DNA of 28,401 bases from a virus (Duplodnaviria > Caudoviricetes), in IMG/VR virus record IMGVR_UViG_3300021437_000070, positions 1 through 28,401 of that record, one strand, 5' to 3'. Each line of letters opens with the position of its first letter. Within the stretch, counting starts at the first letter, position 1. Below are positions 18,301 through 26,230 of this stretch, one piece after another. The translations under genes were made by a program, and so were the position numbers. The notes beneath the pieces were generated by a model. The model searched no databases. It was given only the letters and a program-made list of their open reading frames with translations, and was not told the DNA's origin.

Positions 18301-20971
18301 CTTGCGCGCCAAGCAGTACGGCGTGGCCGAAGGCAAAGCCGGCCGCCTGGCCATGGAGGCCTTCAAGAAAGGCGACACCGAGACCGCCGCAATCCAGAAG
18401 CGCGCCCAGCTGCTGAACAACGCCCTGATGAAGGAAGCCTTGGCCGCCGCCGACGCGGTGCGTAAGGGTCTTACCTACCAGGGCAAGTTCGACCGCGCCA
18501 GCGTGCGCGAGAACCTGGACGGCGAGTTCCTGGAGCAGATCGACCGCCTGCGCTCACTCGTCGACTTCCGGCGCAACGCGCCGGCGCAGGACCGGCAGCT
18601 GCGGTCGCTGCTGGAGTTCGGTCAGGCGCTGCGGGCGCAGGGCTACGAGCCCCAGGTGCCGGACTGGCTGGCTGGGCTGACGCAGCGTACACGCTACGAC
18701 GCGCTGACCGTCGACCAGTTCCGTGGCGTCATCGACGCCATGCGGTCGCTGGAGCACATCGCCCGCGACCGCCAGCGGGTGCGCCTGGGCGCCGAGCGTG
18801 CGACGGTGCGCGATGTGGTCGACAACCAGTTGCTGCCGCGCCTGGAGCAGCGCGGCGAGGCCTTCAGCAAGGTCGACCTGCTCGATACCCCGCAGGCCAA
18901 GGTCGACGGCTTCTGGAAGGCCTTCACCCACTGGATGGGCGTCAAGGCGCGGCTGATCCACTCGGACCTGCTGGGCGCCGACTACCGCTTCAACAAGTAC
19001 GACCTGCACGACCTGCAAGGCCCGTTCCGCCAGCTGATCCTCGACCGCTTCCTGGAGGCGAACTACCGCAAGGTGGACCTGACGAAAGCGGTCAGCGACC
19101 GGGCCGGCGCCGTCGGCGACGCCCTCGGCAAGGACTGGCAGCGCAGCCTCTACGATGTGCTGCCGAACCGCACGCTGATGGACCCGGACCTGACCGTCGA
19201 AGGCAAGCCGCCGGTGCCGCTGAAGATGACCCGCGGCAAGCTGCTGGCCATCGCCAGGCACGTCGGCAACGAGAGCAACTTCGACAAGCTGGTCAAGGGC
19301 TGGGGCTGGCAGCCGGACACGGTGGTGGCCTATTTGAAGGAACACATGCGTGCCGCCGACTGGCAGGCCACACAGGCGCATTGGGACAGCTTCGACCCGC
19401 TGTGGAAAGAGACCGAAGCCATGGTGCGCCGCGTCGGCGGCGTGCCCCCGCCGAAGGTGCCGGCGCGTGAGTTCTCGGTGACCACCAAGGACGGCCAGAC
19501 GATCAACATGCGCGGCGGCTATTCGCCGATCGACTATGACCCGGTGCGCTCGAAGCTGAGCGTGCGCAAGGGGGAGTTCAGCCTCGACCCCAGCGACAAG
19601 GTGGAGAACATGCCGCGGTACACCGCGACGACCACCAGCAACGGCTCGTTGAACGCCCGCGCGCAGGGCTACACCGACCGGGTGTCGCTGGACTTCCATG
19701 GGGCCGACGCGCGCATCCGCGACACGATCCACGACCTGGCCTACCGCGAGGCGCTGATCGACGCCACGAAGATCATCAACGACAAGGCCTTCCGCGAGAA
19801 GTTCATGTCGGTCTACGGCCGCGAGGAATACCAGGCGCTGGTCGACTGGATGCGCAGCATCCGCGACACCAACGTCCAAGACCCGCGCACGCGCAACTTC
19901 GACAAGGCCATGCAGTACACCCGCCAGGGCGTGGTGCTGACGGGCATCGGCTACCGCGTCAGCACGGTCCTGAAGCACGGCGGCGCGGCCGCGCTGAAGA
20001 GCCTGGGCTACCTCGGCAACGCCGACGGCGCCGCGTTCTTCGCCGCGCGCCTGGGGCGGATGGGCTCGGGCCACGCCGGCGAAGACATCGCGGCAGCCAA
20101 AGAGAAGTTCGACGAGATCCGCGCGCGGGCGCTCCAGATGGACCGCGACTACAAGGAAGGCTCGCGCTCGATGTACGAGGCCGAGGGCCTGCTGCAGAAG
20201 AACGACCGTTTCGGCCACGCCATGGTGGCCTGGTCGGATCTGCTGTCGGCCGTGCCGACAGCCTGGGCCGCCTACGACCTGGCCACAACGAAGGGCATCC
20301 CCAAGAGCATGGGCGGCACTGGCGTGCCGATGGGCGAAGCCGAGGCGGTGCGCTACGCCAACAGCATCGTGCGCCAGGCCCACGGCAGCGCGCTGGAGGT
20401 GTCGCGCTCGAACTTTCTGCAGTCGCGCGGCGCCAAGGGGTTCTTCGGTGCGCTGTACGGGTTCATGAACAACACCTACGGCCAGATGGCCGATCTGCTG
20501 GACAAGAGCACCAGCAACGGTTTTTTCAGGAACAACCCCGCGGTAGCGGCCCGCCTCCTGGCCACGTTCCTGATCCCTGCGGTGTGGACCGAATGGCTCA
20601 AGGAGCAAGGGCCGGAAGACGGTCACACCTGGCTGGGCTGGCTCGGCAAGGCGCTAGTCGCCGAAGGCTCGGCCATGGTGCCGTTTGTGCGCGACGCCGT
20701 CAGCATCCTGGAGTACGGGCGCAACCCCAGCGTGGCGCCGGCGCAAGCCTTCAGCGACGTGCTGAATGCCGGCAAGGATCTGTGGAAGGAAGCCCACGGT
20801 GAGAGCACGCGGCTGATCCAGGATCTGTCGAACGCCATCGGTGAATGGGCCCACATCGCCGGCCTGGGCCAGCTCGGCCACATTCTGCAGCACATGCGCG
20901 ACGTCGCCAACGGCAAGAAAGAGCCGAGCGCCTGGCACGCTGTCGTCGGCGGCAAGGAAGAGCACAAGTAG
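12377..20971 (+). CDS. Giant ejection protein (Bbp10 / epsilon15 gp17-like scaffold) with inserted polyvalent enzyme modules
   Basis: About 2864 aa from ATG 12377 (TGATG overlap, AAGGAAG RBS). Hydrophobic N-terminal segments, ADLSTFLHETGHFF zincin motif, ART-PolyVal-like module, and GGY.PI.YD in the C-terminal half. Confidence 0.88.
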   Translation: MSGNPYLDTLEAQEEDGTTPVPRAAGNPYLATLNQQSQNTRAQAALAISTQLDQNPDKASQNTQLARRFKVPPAVVDQWPEEFRTRAVTDAAREALGDAPTLSRTLAADPRAAANIHDDVPMTVATEKTARSLPQRALDYVFSTHGITDDASENLASFAASVVRSAAATVEPVAVHYPALAAGALTLPVDWMLGTDLASYPFTLAYRQGLLADQEKARAAADKTFSGKLASATGGTLGVLGEAMATGGEATAARLGAGTWEALWPAIQHGIRSMLVPSAAASAETAQQVRDAGGTPGQAVGAGLASYASNTLGGIVPFAKAGAPLLSRIASGAAMGPITGEVSRQLMNATLPESMQTARPGADDLAIQAITGGVFGGLVGGHDEATQSRVMREYVRSTYDAANAHDALQAEATLRSLSAIVQEGKLRSRDMDSFKQLLTDVGDDANIDGVWIDARKLTEVLDAAGLEGEHLREVLPKVASQMREALQTEGQVRIGLDDYGTHIMGSTVEDALIPHLRVKEDGPTIGEAQKYAGGQRERMAGEAARILAEKAADEDFAASRQKVLDDTQAQLAATGRFPPDVAKLYANLHADWFTVLGAELGLKPHEARERYAVNVAGERGTGASVMDQPGAVSVEGYHFSHEDRPTLSTAAYGTGLRGSARDEILNHPDQRLRQRLSFYFDKGTGVRPEDGVGGRAHRVQLDNIYDADADPLKLRSGDARAFESKLLDLGYKGYLNRMEGTQPGQVIALGPQTFRPELLGAQSKIEGGQRVPALPAEAPTWRTEASGSPEAMQARLERMKANPAWAGYDLRVEGRELQSLKRGPVDEDRNAPPPAVFQQHADQKGLTDGPAAAPGAEGLPRSGELPGGAGVLAGEGRPDQGAGREPDGSLRGLPRDVGGYRASAFPEAQRVARDYMAKAGLPYEPPATYAKVDVPRAKRIAQAFEAMKHDPENPEVKAAYAKMVEEVTAQYQAALDAGLKVEFVTGDDPYKGNPRAMTEDVRQNNHMWVFSTRDGFGTDATFDPAGNPLLAETAHEISGQKALANDLFRVVHDYFGHVKEGVGFRAAGEENAWRAHMAMFSPLARKAATTETRGQNSWLNYGPHGETNRTAKVEDTHFADQKIGLLPDWVVNEGRTDAPQDAHINVGMDVRPDLRDQPLKVDEITDALRAAGVHVLDSAVHQSDTEKTFVGHLDRPLTPEEGHALSVALKQEAIAQKTGDTGALYGPEASKWGGYNPDYFLMPDGRRASDTTFAQADLFPEDLADKNTTVETSRVVSSKGATERGTNTNSAGQRIASTVQGLRNFWRWFGNSDAVDADGAPLVLYHSTNADTATLEANRKTTNNYGILGDVDVSRAAVFLTPDRAFSQEYLRSGEGQNVMPVYARMEYPFDLRKGLSETQEQELEAAGVNTRYIHNIGHHWELFDNADDGTNLFVDTLKRLGYDGALFREADQAGAVHDTYAVFSGEQVKSATGNRGTFDASAAVHNQDTPGGGSVGTSPPGSPDPLKPGAGARGQISFADDITSAPSTISLLKNADLSTFLHETGHFFLQVYADVAGRPDAPAKIAADMQHLLDWFGVKDVATWQAMTADQQREFHERFARGFEAYLMGGEAPSLAQQSMFQRFASWLTQVYRSLAGLNVQLTPEVRGVMDRMLASENAIKEAEAARGLRSLFETRPEGMTDDAWAKYQTDALAATGAAVSDLQRRSIKDMQWLANAKAGAMSVLQREAREKRKAITAEVTAEVDALPAFAAKAYLDRATDPLGDYKAAMAAWREQRNAVAKDERPAWLAAHPEPEKPASDVPAWEARREAEQARARDEEKARVGEGLTGIAKGQALAKAAREIDNNVERTMIAWDRANPRPTVERPKVDLEVTADRFGFNSADEMLQAIKDAGSRKDVIEAMTDQRMLERHGELVDPVSIERAAEAAIHNDVRARVLARELNALAKATGSPRLLAKAAEEAAQAAIGAKVIKDLRAKQYGVAEGKAGRLAMEAFKKGDTETAAIQKRAQLLNNALMKEALAAADAVRKGLTYQGKFDRASVRENLDGEFLEQIDRLRSLVDFRRNAPAQDRQLRSLLEFGQALRAQGYEPQVPDWLAGLTQRTRYDALTVDQFRGVIDAMRSLEHIARDRQRVRLGAERATVRDVVDNQLLPRLEQRGEAFSKVDLLDTPQAKVDGFWKAFTHWMGVKARLIHSDLLGADYRFNKYDLHDLQGPFRQLILDRFLEANYRKVDLTKAVSDRAGAVGDALGKDWQRSLYDVLPNRTLMDPDLTVEGKPPVPLKMTRGKLLAIARHVGNESNFDKLVKGWGWQPDTVVAYLKEHMRAADWQATQAHWDSFDPLWKETEAMVRRVGGVPPPKVPAREFSVTTKDGQTINMRGGYSPIDYDPVRSKLSVRKGEFSLDPSDKVENMPRYTATTTSNGSLNARAQGYTDRVSLDFHGADARIRDTIHDLAYREALIDATKIINDKAFREKFMSVYGREEYQALVDWMRSIRDTNVQDPRTRNFDKAMQYTRQGVVLTGIGYRVSTVLKHGGAAALKSLGYLGNADGAAFFAARLGRMGSGHAGEDIAAAKEKFDEIRARALQMDRDYKEGSRSMYEAEGLLQKNDRFGHAMVAWSDLLSAVPTAWAAYDLATTKGIPKSMGGTGVPMGEAEAVRYANSIVRQAHGSALEVSRSNFLQSRGAKGFFGALYGFMNNTYGQMADLLDKSTSNGFFRNNPAVAARLLATFLIPAVWTEWLKEQGPEDGHTWLGWLGKALVAEGSAMVPFVRDAVSILEYGRNPSVAPAQAFSDVLNAGKDLWKEAHGESTRLIQDLSNAIGEWAHIAGLGQLGHILQHMRDVANGKKEPSAWHAVVGGKEEHK
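14919..15110 (+). CDS. Nested overprinted 63-aa ORF inside the giant gene
   Basis: AAAGGA RBS 7 nt before the ATG. The host frame here is a low-complexity G/P/A linker. Confidence 0.6.
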   Translation: MDLPPPPELKDFPDQESFQEARGFWQARVGRIKGLAASPTAVSAASPVTSAATVRAPSRKPSA

Positions 20972-21006
20972 CCGGTATGCGCAGCGGCCGCCACGGCCGC
21001 GAGAAT
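20972..21006 (+). promoter_or_regulatory. Putative late promoter: CCGGTATGCG-N19-GAGAAT
   Basis: Second copy of the 4083 motif, in the gap before the tailspike gene. The spacer holds a GCGGCCG-cca-CGGCCGC inverted repeat. Confidence 0.55.
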
Positions 21007-21029
21007 CCAGTCTCCACGAGGACCACCCG

Positions 21030-23285
21030 ATGACCATATCCAGCACCACGCGCACCGCGGGGCCCTACGCAGGCACAGGCCTGGTGACCACCTACCCGTT
21101 CGCCTTCAAGGTGTTCGCCACTTCCGACGTCTTCGTCGTGCGCACCGTGTCGGGCGTGGACACCACGTTGACGCTGGGCTCGGACTACACCGTCACACTC
21201 AACGCGAACCAGGACTCCAGCCCCGGCGGCAACGTGGTGCTGTTCTCGGTGCTCGCCGTGGGCGCGACGCTCAACATCCGGTCCAGCGTGCTGGCGCTGC
21301 AGTTGACCGACATCACCAACGCTGGCGGCTTCTACCCCCAGGTCATCGAAGACGCCCTGGACAAGCTGACGATCTTGTTGCAGCAGCTGGGGGTGGTCGG
21401 TCTGCTGCAGTATTTGCGGGTGCCCGAGGTGGCCGGCGTGCCCGCGCTTCCGGTTGCCGCCGTCCGGGCCAACACGGTGCAGGCCTACGACAGCAGCGGC
21501 AATCCGACGGTCCTGGTGCCCGCGAGCGGCAGCGCGGCCGACGTCCTGATCCAGCTCGCCGACATCACCAGCGCGGCGAAGAATGCGGCGCTGATGCTGT
21601 ACTCGGCCTCGCTGACCTACGCCGACGGCACATCCGGCGCGCACATGGCGATGGTGCGCAGCGCCAAGGACTACCCGTACCTGGCGCCGACAAACGGCAG
21701 CTCGGCCAACGCGGCCTTGACGGCGTTCTTCACTGCGGCCTCGAACGGCGTGAACTTCCTGCCGGCGGGCACCTACACCTTGACGTCGCTGCTGGACCTG
21801 TCGGCCGTGCCGCTGTCCAACTGCGTCATCAAGGGTGTGCCGGGGTTGACGAAGATCACCGGCAACTTCGACTTCCGGACCATTCTGCTGGGTGCGCTCA
21901 ATCATGTTGTCTTCGAGGACATCATCTTCGAGAACACCTACACCAGCGCGGCGGTCAACAACACTTACGCAGCGGTCTACACGGTCAACAACGACATAAA
22001 GGAGGTCAGCTTCCGCCGCTGCAAGTTCACCTCGCCGAACTGTGACGGGAATGGGCTTTACCACTATTCGAGAACAAACCCCGCCGGCTCCGAGACCTGC
22101 GTCATTGACGGGTTGTGGGTGACGGACTGCGAGTTCACCAGCCTGGGGCAAGTCGGGTTCGGCATCAACAACAACCAGGTAAGCGCCGACAAGTACACCG
22201 CTGTTCGCCGAGTTCACATCCGACGCAACAAGTTCGACGTAATGGGGATCAAGCTGCGTTACGGCATGGCCGTAACGCTCAACGGCTTTCTCTCGGCTTT
22301 CTCGGTCGACGACAATTACGTCAATTCGCCTTACGGTGTTGGCATCGAGAACACGTTCGGCATTGACGGCTCGATGAAGGACAACCGGTTCCTGTTCGAC
22401 CCGGCGAAGAAATCGCGGGCGATGTCGGTGGCCGACGCCAGCGCGACTTACCCTTCGCGCGGAATGACGATCAGCGGGAACAAGTGCCTCAACGATGCGA
22501 GCTATCACAGCTACGCCAGCTTCTGCAACGACTCCACACTCTCGGGGAACACCTGGCGCTTCACCGGCGCGGTGACCGGCGAAGAGGATGCGTTCTGGGT
22601 TCTCGACTCGAACCGCATCAAGATCACCGGCGACTTCTTCATCAGCGACAAGAAGTACGCGATGCGTTTCGTCTCGACAACCGGGACGTGTTCCGGGAAC
22701 CGGCTGCGTAATTGCACATTCGACACGAGCGCGTCGGCGGCGGTAACTGCGACCGTCAACTTCGACGGTGCGAGCACGACCGACAATTACGCCGAAGGGA
22801 AGATGACCAAGGGTACGGGTGGCTCAGCCTGGACCCAGACCAACAGCGCTGCGAACAACGCCTACGGCTATGACCAGTCGGGCGCCTGGACGCCGGACAT
22901 CACCTTCGCAACGCCGGGTGACCTGGCAAAGACGCTGACGGTCACTGGCAACTACAACCGGGTCGGCAGGGTCTGCACCCTCACGTTCCAGATTGACTCC
23001 ACAGCGTTCACCTGGACGACAGCGGCGAGCTTCCTGCGCATCACCGGCATGCCCTTCGCGGCGGCGAATATCGGCCAACTGGACTACGCTGCGCTCGGCA
23101 CGTTCCGAGGGATCACAAAGGCCGGTTTCAGCCAGTTCGCCCTGCGCACTGTCCAGAATCAGACCTACATGCAGGTGACCGCCAGCAACAGCGCGGCGGT
23201 GCCGTCCGGGGTTGTCGCCGCCGACATGCCCAGCGGCGGCACCCTCGCGCTGTACGGGACGATCTCTTACCAGGTGCAGGACTGA
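21030..23285 (+). CDS. Tailspike / tail fibre with probable right-handed beta-helix
   Basis: GAGGA RBS then ATG 21030. MTISSTTR.AGP..G.G....PF.FKVF...GGFYP.VIEDALDKLT anchor domain, FLPAGTY, Asn/Gly-rich repeats, and a C-terminal G.WTP...G.Y.RVG...I.G.PF domain. Confidence 0.88.
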   Translation: MTISSTTRTAGPYAGTGLVTTYPFAFKVFATSDVFVVRTVSGVDTTLTLGSDYTVTLNANQDSSPGGNVVLFSVLAVGATLNIRSSVLALQLTDITNAGGFYPQVIEDALDKLTILLQQLGVVGLLQYLRVPEVAGVPALPVAAVRANTVQAYDSSGNPTVLVPASGSAADVLIQLADITSAAKNAALMLYSASLTYADGTSGAHMAMVRSAKDYPYLAPTNGSSANAALTAFFTAASNGVNFLPAGTYTLTSLLDLSAVPLSNCVIKGVPGLTKITGNFDFRTILLGALNHVVFEDIIFENTYTSAAVNNTYAAVYTVNNDIKEVSFRRCKFTSPNCDGNGLYHYSRTNPAGSETCVIDGLWVTDCEFTSLGQVGFGINNNQVSADKYTAVRRVHIRRNKFDVMGIKLRYGMAVTLNGFLSAFSVDDNYVNSPYGVGIENTFGIDGSMKDNRFLFDPAKKSRAMSVADASATYPSRGMTISGNKCLNDASYHSYASFCNDSTLSGNTWRFTGAVTGEEDAFWVLDSNRIKITGDFFISDKKYAMRFVSTTGTCSGNRLRNCTFDTSASAAVTATVNFDGASTTDNYAEGKMTKGTGGSAWTQTNSAANNAYGYDQSGAWTPDITFATPGDLAKTLTVTGNYNRVGRVCTLTFQIDSTAFTWTTAASFLRITGMPFAAANIGQLDYAALGTFRGITKAGFSQFALRTVQNQTYMQVTASNSAAVPSGVVAADMPSGGTLALYGTISYQVQD

Positions 23286-23289
23286 CGCC

Positions 23290-23541
23290 ATGCCGAACTA
23301 CACGCAAGACGCCCCTCAACACCCCGCGCTGATCGACGCCAAGGTGGACATCGCGGTCCTGCAGAGCCAGTACAAGCTGCTGCAGGAAGAGATCGCAAGC
23401 ATGCGTGTCACCCTCGGGGAGGTGAAGGAACTGCTGTCGGAAGCGAAGGGCGGCTGGCGCACCGCCATGCTGATAGGCGGCGCCGGCGCCACCTTCGCCA
23501 CGATCGCATCATGGCTGGTGGCGCACGTCACGTTCAGGTAA
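23290..23541 (+). CDS. Coiled-coil plus single transmembrane protein, putative holin-like lysis protein
   Basis: AGGA RBS, heptad N-terminus, KGGW followed by a hydrophobic C-terminal helix. Position after the tailspike. Confidence 0.55.
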   Translation: MPNYTQDAPQHPALIDAKVDIAVLQSQYKLLQEEIASMRVTLGEVKELLSEAKGGWRTAMLIGGAGATFATIASWLVAHVTFR

Positions 23542-24286
23542 CCTCTTCGGCCCTCATGTCGACCCAGCGCTGAAGGCTGGCCATGGCCTCGCGCACATCG
23601 CGCGCGGCGTCTTTGCCCCCACGAGAGCCCGGCACCAACAGCTTTTTGATGGCGTGCTGCAAGCACGGGTCGGCCACCTCGAACATCAGCAGCACCCGGT
23701 AGACGTCGACCTCGGTGAAGGGGCAGGGCTTGAAGTAGTGGCTGAACGGCCGGGCCTTCTGTTCAGCTTGAACGCCGGCCGAAGCCGCCGCACCTTGCCG
23801 CGCAAACCCGCCGTCCGCGACCACCTGCACATCCGCACCTTCGAGCGGGTCAGGCGCCGGCCGCCGGTAGGCACCGAGCAGGCGTTCGCCTTGGGGGTCG
23901 GCCGCAATGTGGTTGTCCAGGCGCTTGGCGCCCGTCCACGGGTTGTACTTCCACACGGCATCAGGCCACCGGTAGAGGGCCGCGCGCCGGAGTTCACCGC
24001 CCACCAGTTCACGCCCATTCAAGGGGCTGTAGGTCAGCAGCGGCAGTTGCCCTGGGATGTCTTCAGGTTCTGCCGCCCGCATCGGCCCCCAGGCGTCGGA
24101 CCAGATCAGCAACCCATGGGGGTCGCTGCCGATGTCTTCCTGGTGTCGAGGCAAGCCCGTCCACGGGTTGTACTTCCACACGGCGTCGGGCCACCTGTAC
24201 CGGGCCGCGTCACAGCACCCGGTCAACAGCCTGTGTCCGTCCAGGGGGCCGTAGACCAGTGGCGGCTGCCCGTTGTTCTCGCTCAT
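23534..24286 (-). CDS. Hypothetical protein: two YNPWTG repeats plus a DUF3310-like C-terminal domain
   Basis: RWPDAVWKYNPWTG occurs twice. C-terminal HY...VDVYRVL..F.V.DPC.QHAIKKLL..G.RG.K...D..EA...L.R. ATGA coupling to the helicase. Confidence 0.7.
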   Translation of the reverse strand: MSENNGQPPLVYGPLDGHRLLTGCCDAARYRWPDAVWKYNPWTGLPRHQEDIGSDPHGLLIWSDAWGPMRAAEPEDIPGQLPLLTYSPLNGRELVGGELRRAALYRWPDAVWKYNPWTGAKRLDNHIAADPQGERLLGAYRRPAPDPLEGADVQVVADGGFARQGAAASAGVQAEQKARPFSHYFKPCPFTEVDVYRVLLMFEVADPCLQHAIKKLLVPGSRGGKDAARDVREAMASLQRWVDMRAEEVT

Positions 24287-25713
24287 CGTTTACCTTTCAT
24301 GTGTTCCAGCAGAAGATCCTGCACGGTCCGCTTGCTGGTGCGGCGGGCCATGACAACCTCGTCAACCGTGTCCTGGGCGACGATGTAGTGGAGGGTGACG
24401 GCCCGGTCCTTGCCGGCCTGCATCTGGCGCACCGGGCCTATGCGCTCGATGAACTGCTGCCACTGTTCCAGGTCGTACCAGTGACCGAAGAAGCACGCCG
24501 TGTGGCAGTGCTCCTGCAGCCCGTCGACCCCGTGGCCCATGCTGGCGGGGTGGCCCACCCACAACCGGCCCTCGCCACGCTTGGCGCGCGCCAGGCCGTC
24601 CGGCGTGGCCACGTTGATTGCGTAGGGGAAGGCACGCTGTATGCGTGCCAGGTCCGACTTGAAGTGATAGGCCACCAGCACCGGGTCGCCGTTCTGTTCT
24701 TCGAGCAGGGACTCCAAGGCCTGCAGCTTGGCGTCGTGAACCTCGACCGTCTTCGGCTCGCCCGAGGCCTCGTTGCCGTGTTCGTTCGGGTCCAGGTAGG
24801 CCGCGCCGTTGGCCAGCTGCAGCAGCTTTAGGCTCTTGGCGGCCACGTTGAAAGCCTCGACGGTGTGCCCGTCGATCTCGGCCAGGAACTTGCGCTCCAG
24901 CTCGCGGTAGGCCCGCCTGGCCGGCGCCGGCAGCTCCACCGGGATGATGTTGACGATCGGCTCGCGCAGGTCGAACCAGTCCTTGGGGTCGATCGTAAGC
25001 GAGCAGTCCGCCAGGCGCCTCATGATCTCGTCCTGGGCGTTGGGGAGGATGATCGGCTGCAGGCCGGGCTTGCCCGACAGCGCATCCTTCACACGCCGAT
25101 AGGCGAACCAGCGGCCCTCGAAGGCGTCATAGGTGAGGCCCAGCCGCTGACCCTTGTCGATGAACCACTGCTGGCCCCACAGATCTTTCAGCCCGTTGGG
25201 GCTGGGCGTGCCGGTCAGGTTGATCCAGTCGGTGATGTGGGTGTGCGCAACCTTACCCAGCACCTTGGCGCGCGATCCGCCCTGCTTCAGGCGGAAGTTC
25301 TTCAACCTGGTGCTCTCGTCCGCCACCACGCGCTTGAAAGGCCACGGGCGCCGGTTATCGGCCAGGTGCTCTTCGAGCCACTGCAGGTTGTCGTAGTTCG
25401 TCACGTAGACCTGAGCCGGGCGGCGCAAGGCCGCCGCGCGTTCGGCCGGCGTGCCGACCACCGGTGATACCGTGAGCTCTGCCAGGTGGGTCCACTTCCT
25501 CGTCTCGCTGGGCCAGACGTCTCGGGCCACGCGCAAGGGGCCGAGCACCAGCGTGGGCGCGTCTTCGCCGCCGATGTTGTAGACCGCATCGAGGTAGGTC
25601 TCCACCAGGGACGTCTTACCCAGGCCCATGCCGGCCCACAGGTTGCACCGCCGGTGCTCCTGCAGGAAGGCCCACACGCGCGGCGCGAAGGCCCGCGGCC
25701 GGTAGACCCTCAC
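24283..25713 (-). CDS. SNF2-family (SF2) helicase
   Basis: GMGLGKT (I), VVADES (II), LTGTP (III), HPASMGHGVDGLQ (V), Q..ERIGPVRQ (VI). True start is likely GTG 25713 (GTGA overlap), not 26133. Confidence 0.93.
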   Translation of the reverse strand: MRVYRPRAFAPRVWAFLQEHRRCNLWAGMGLGKTSLVETYLDAVYNIGGEDAPTLVLGPLRVARDVWPSETRKWTHLAELTVSPVVGTPAERAAALRRPAQVYVTNYDNLQWLEEHLADNRRPWPFKRVVADESTRLKNFRLKQGGSRAKVLGKVAHTHITDWINLTGTPSPNGLKDLWGQQWFIDKGQRLGLTYDAFEGRWFAYRRVKDALSGKPGLQPIILPNAQDEIMRRLADCSLTIDPKDWFDLREPIVNIIPVELPAPARRAYRELERKFLAEIDGHTVEAFNVAAKSLKLLQLANGAAYLDPNEHGNEASGEPKTVEVHDAKLQALESLLEEQNGDPVLVAYHFKSDLARIQRAFPYAINVATPDGLARAKRGEGRLWVGHPASMGHGVDGLQEHCHTACFFGHWYDLEQWQQFIERIGPVRQMQAGKDRAVTLHYIVAQDTVDEVVMARRTSKRTVQDLLLEHMKGKR

Positions 25714-25886
25714 CGCGCCGCCTGCTGCGCCCGGAAGGCCGCGCTGCGGTGGTCGCCGCCCCGCTGGCGCGGGGGTATCACCTGTTCCTCGGTCCAGAAG
25801 GTGTGCTCGTTGCCGCACTTGCGCCGGCGGCGCGTGCCGCGCGTGTCGGTGACCAGGGTCCACGCCTGGCAGTGCGGGCACTTCAC
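25710..25886 (-). CDS. 58-aa zinc-ribbon protein (NrdR N-terminal / Ogr-Delta-like), not in ORF track
   Basis: MKCPHCQAWTLVTDTRGTRRRRKCGNEHTFWTEE..., with GTGA overlaps at both ends. Confidence 0.8.
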   Translation of the reverse strand: MKCPHCQAWTLVTDTRGTRRRRKCGNEHTFWTEEQVIPPRQRGGDHRSAAFRAQQAAR

Positions 25887-26230
25887 GGCAGACCCCCCAG
25901 CTGCCAGACCGAGTTCGGCGTGCCCGGCGCCATCGGTGGCTTGCGCCTGGCGCGCAGCCGTGCGCTACGCTCGGCGTAGCCCAGCGGTGCCGGCTTGCGC
26001 GCGTCGCGCTTGTTGCCCAGGGCGTAGACGGCGCGCAGATAGGTCTTTGTCCCGCTGGTGTCGCGCGTCCACGCCTTGACGTAGACCTGCGGTGTGGCCA
26101 GGTGGCGCAACGTGCTGATGACCGCGGCCACATCCTGGTGGCGGTGGCCTGGGAAGAACGCGGCGGCCTCGCGGCCGGTCATCGGTTGCGCAGCGAGCAC
26201 GCTGCGCACGTTTTCGTGGGTGAGCTTCAT
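25883..26230 (-). CDS. Putative winged-helix DNA-binding protein
   Basis: 115 aa, basic, PMT..E.A helix-turn-helix-like start, VYV..W.R......RAVYALG. Coupled at both ends. Confidence 0.65.
   Translation of the reverse strand: MKLTHENVRSVLAAQPMTGREAAAFFPGHRHQDVAAVISTLRHLATPQVYVKAWTRDTSGTKTYLRAVYALGNKRDARKPAPLGYAERSARLRARRKPPMAPGTPNSVWQLGGLP

Noticed and set aside
20519-20527. GGTTTTTTC possible frameshift site in the giant gene
   Set aside because: No evident stimulatory structure or meaningful alternative frame; it simply encodes GFF.
4333-22508. Many long antisense or alternate-frame ORFs (e.g. 4333-6393, 13367-14896, 18554-20626, 20751-22508)
   Set aside because: Shadows of GC3-rich genes, with R/G/A/V-rich sequence and no motifs or RBS.
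20841-23541. BPP-1-type diversity-generating retroelement near the fibre gene
   Set aside because: No reverse transcriptase, avd or adenine-mismatched TR/VR pair seen. The 23930/24155 repeat is identical in its core and coding in both copies.
25714-26133. 140-aa N-terminal extension of the helicase
   Set aside because: It overlaps two better-supported coupled genes. The helicase most likely starts at GTG 25713.
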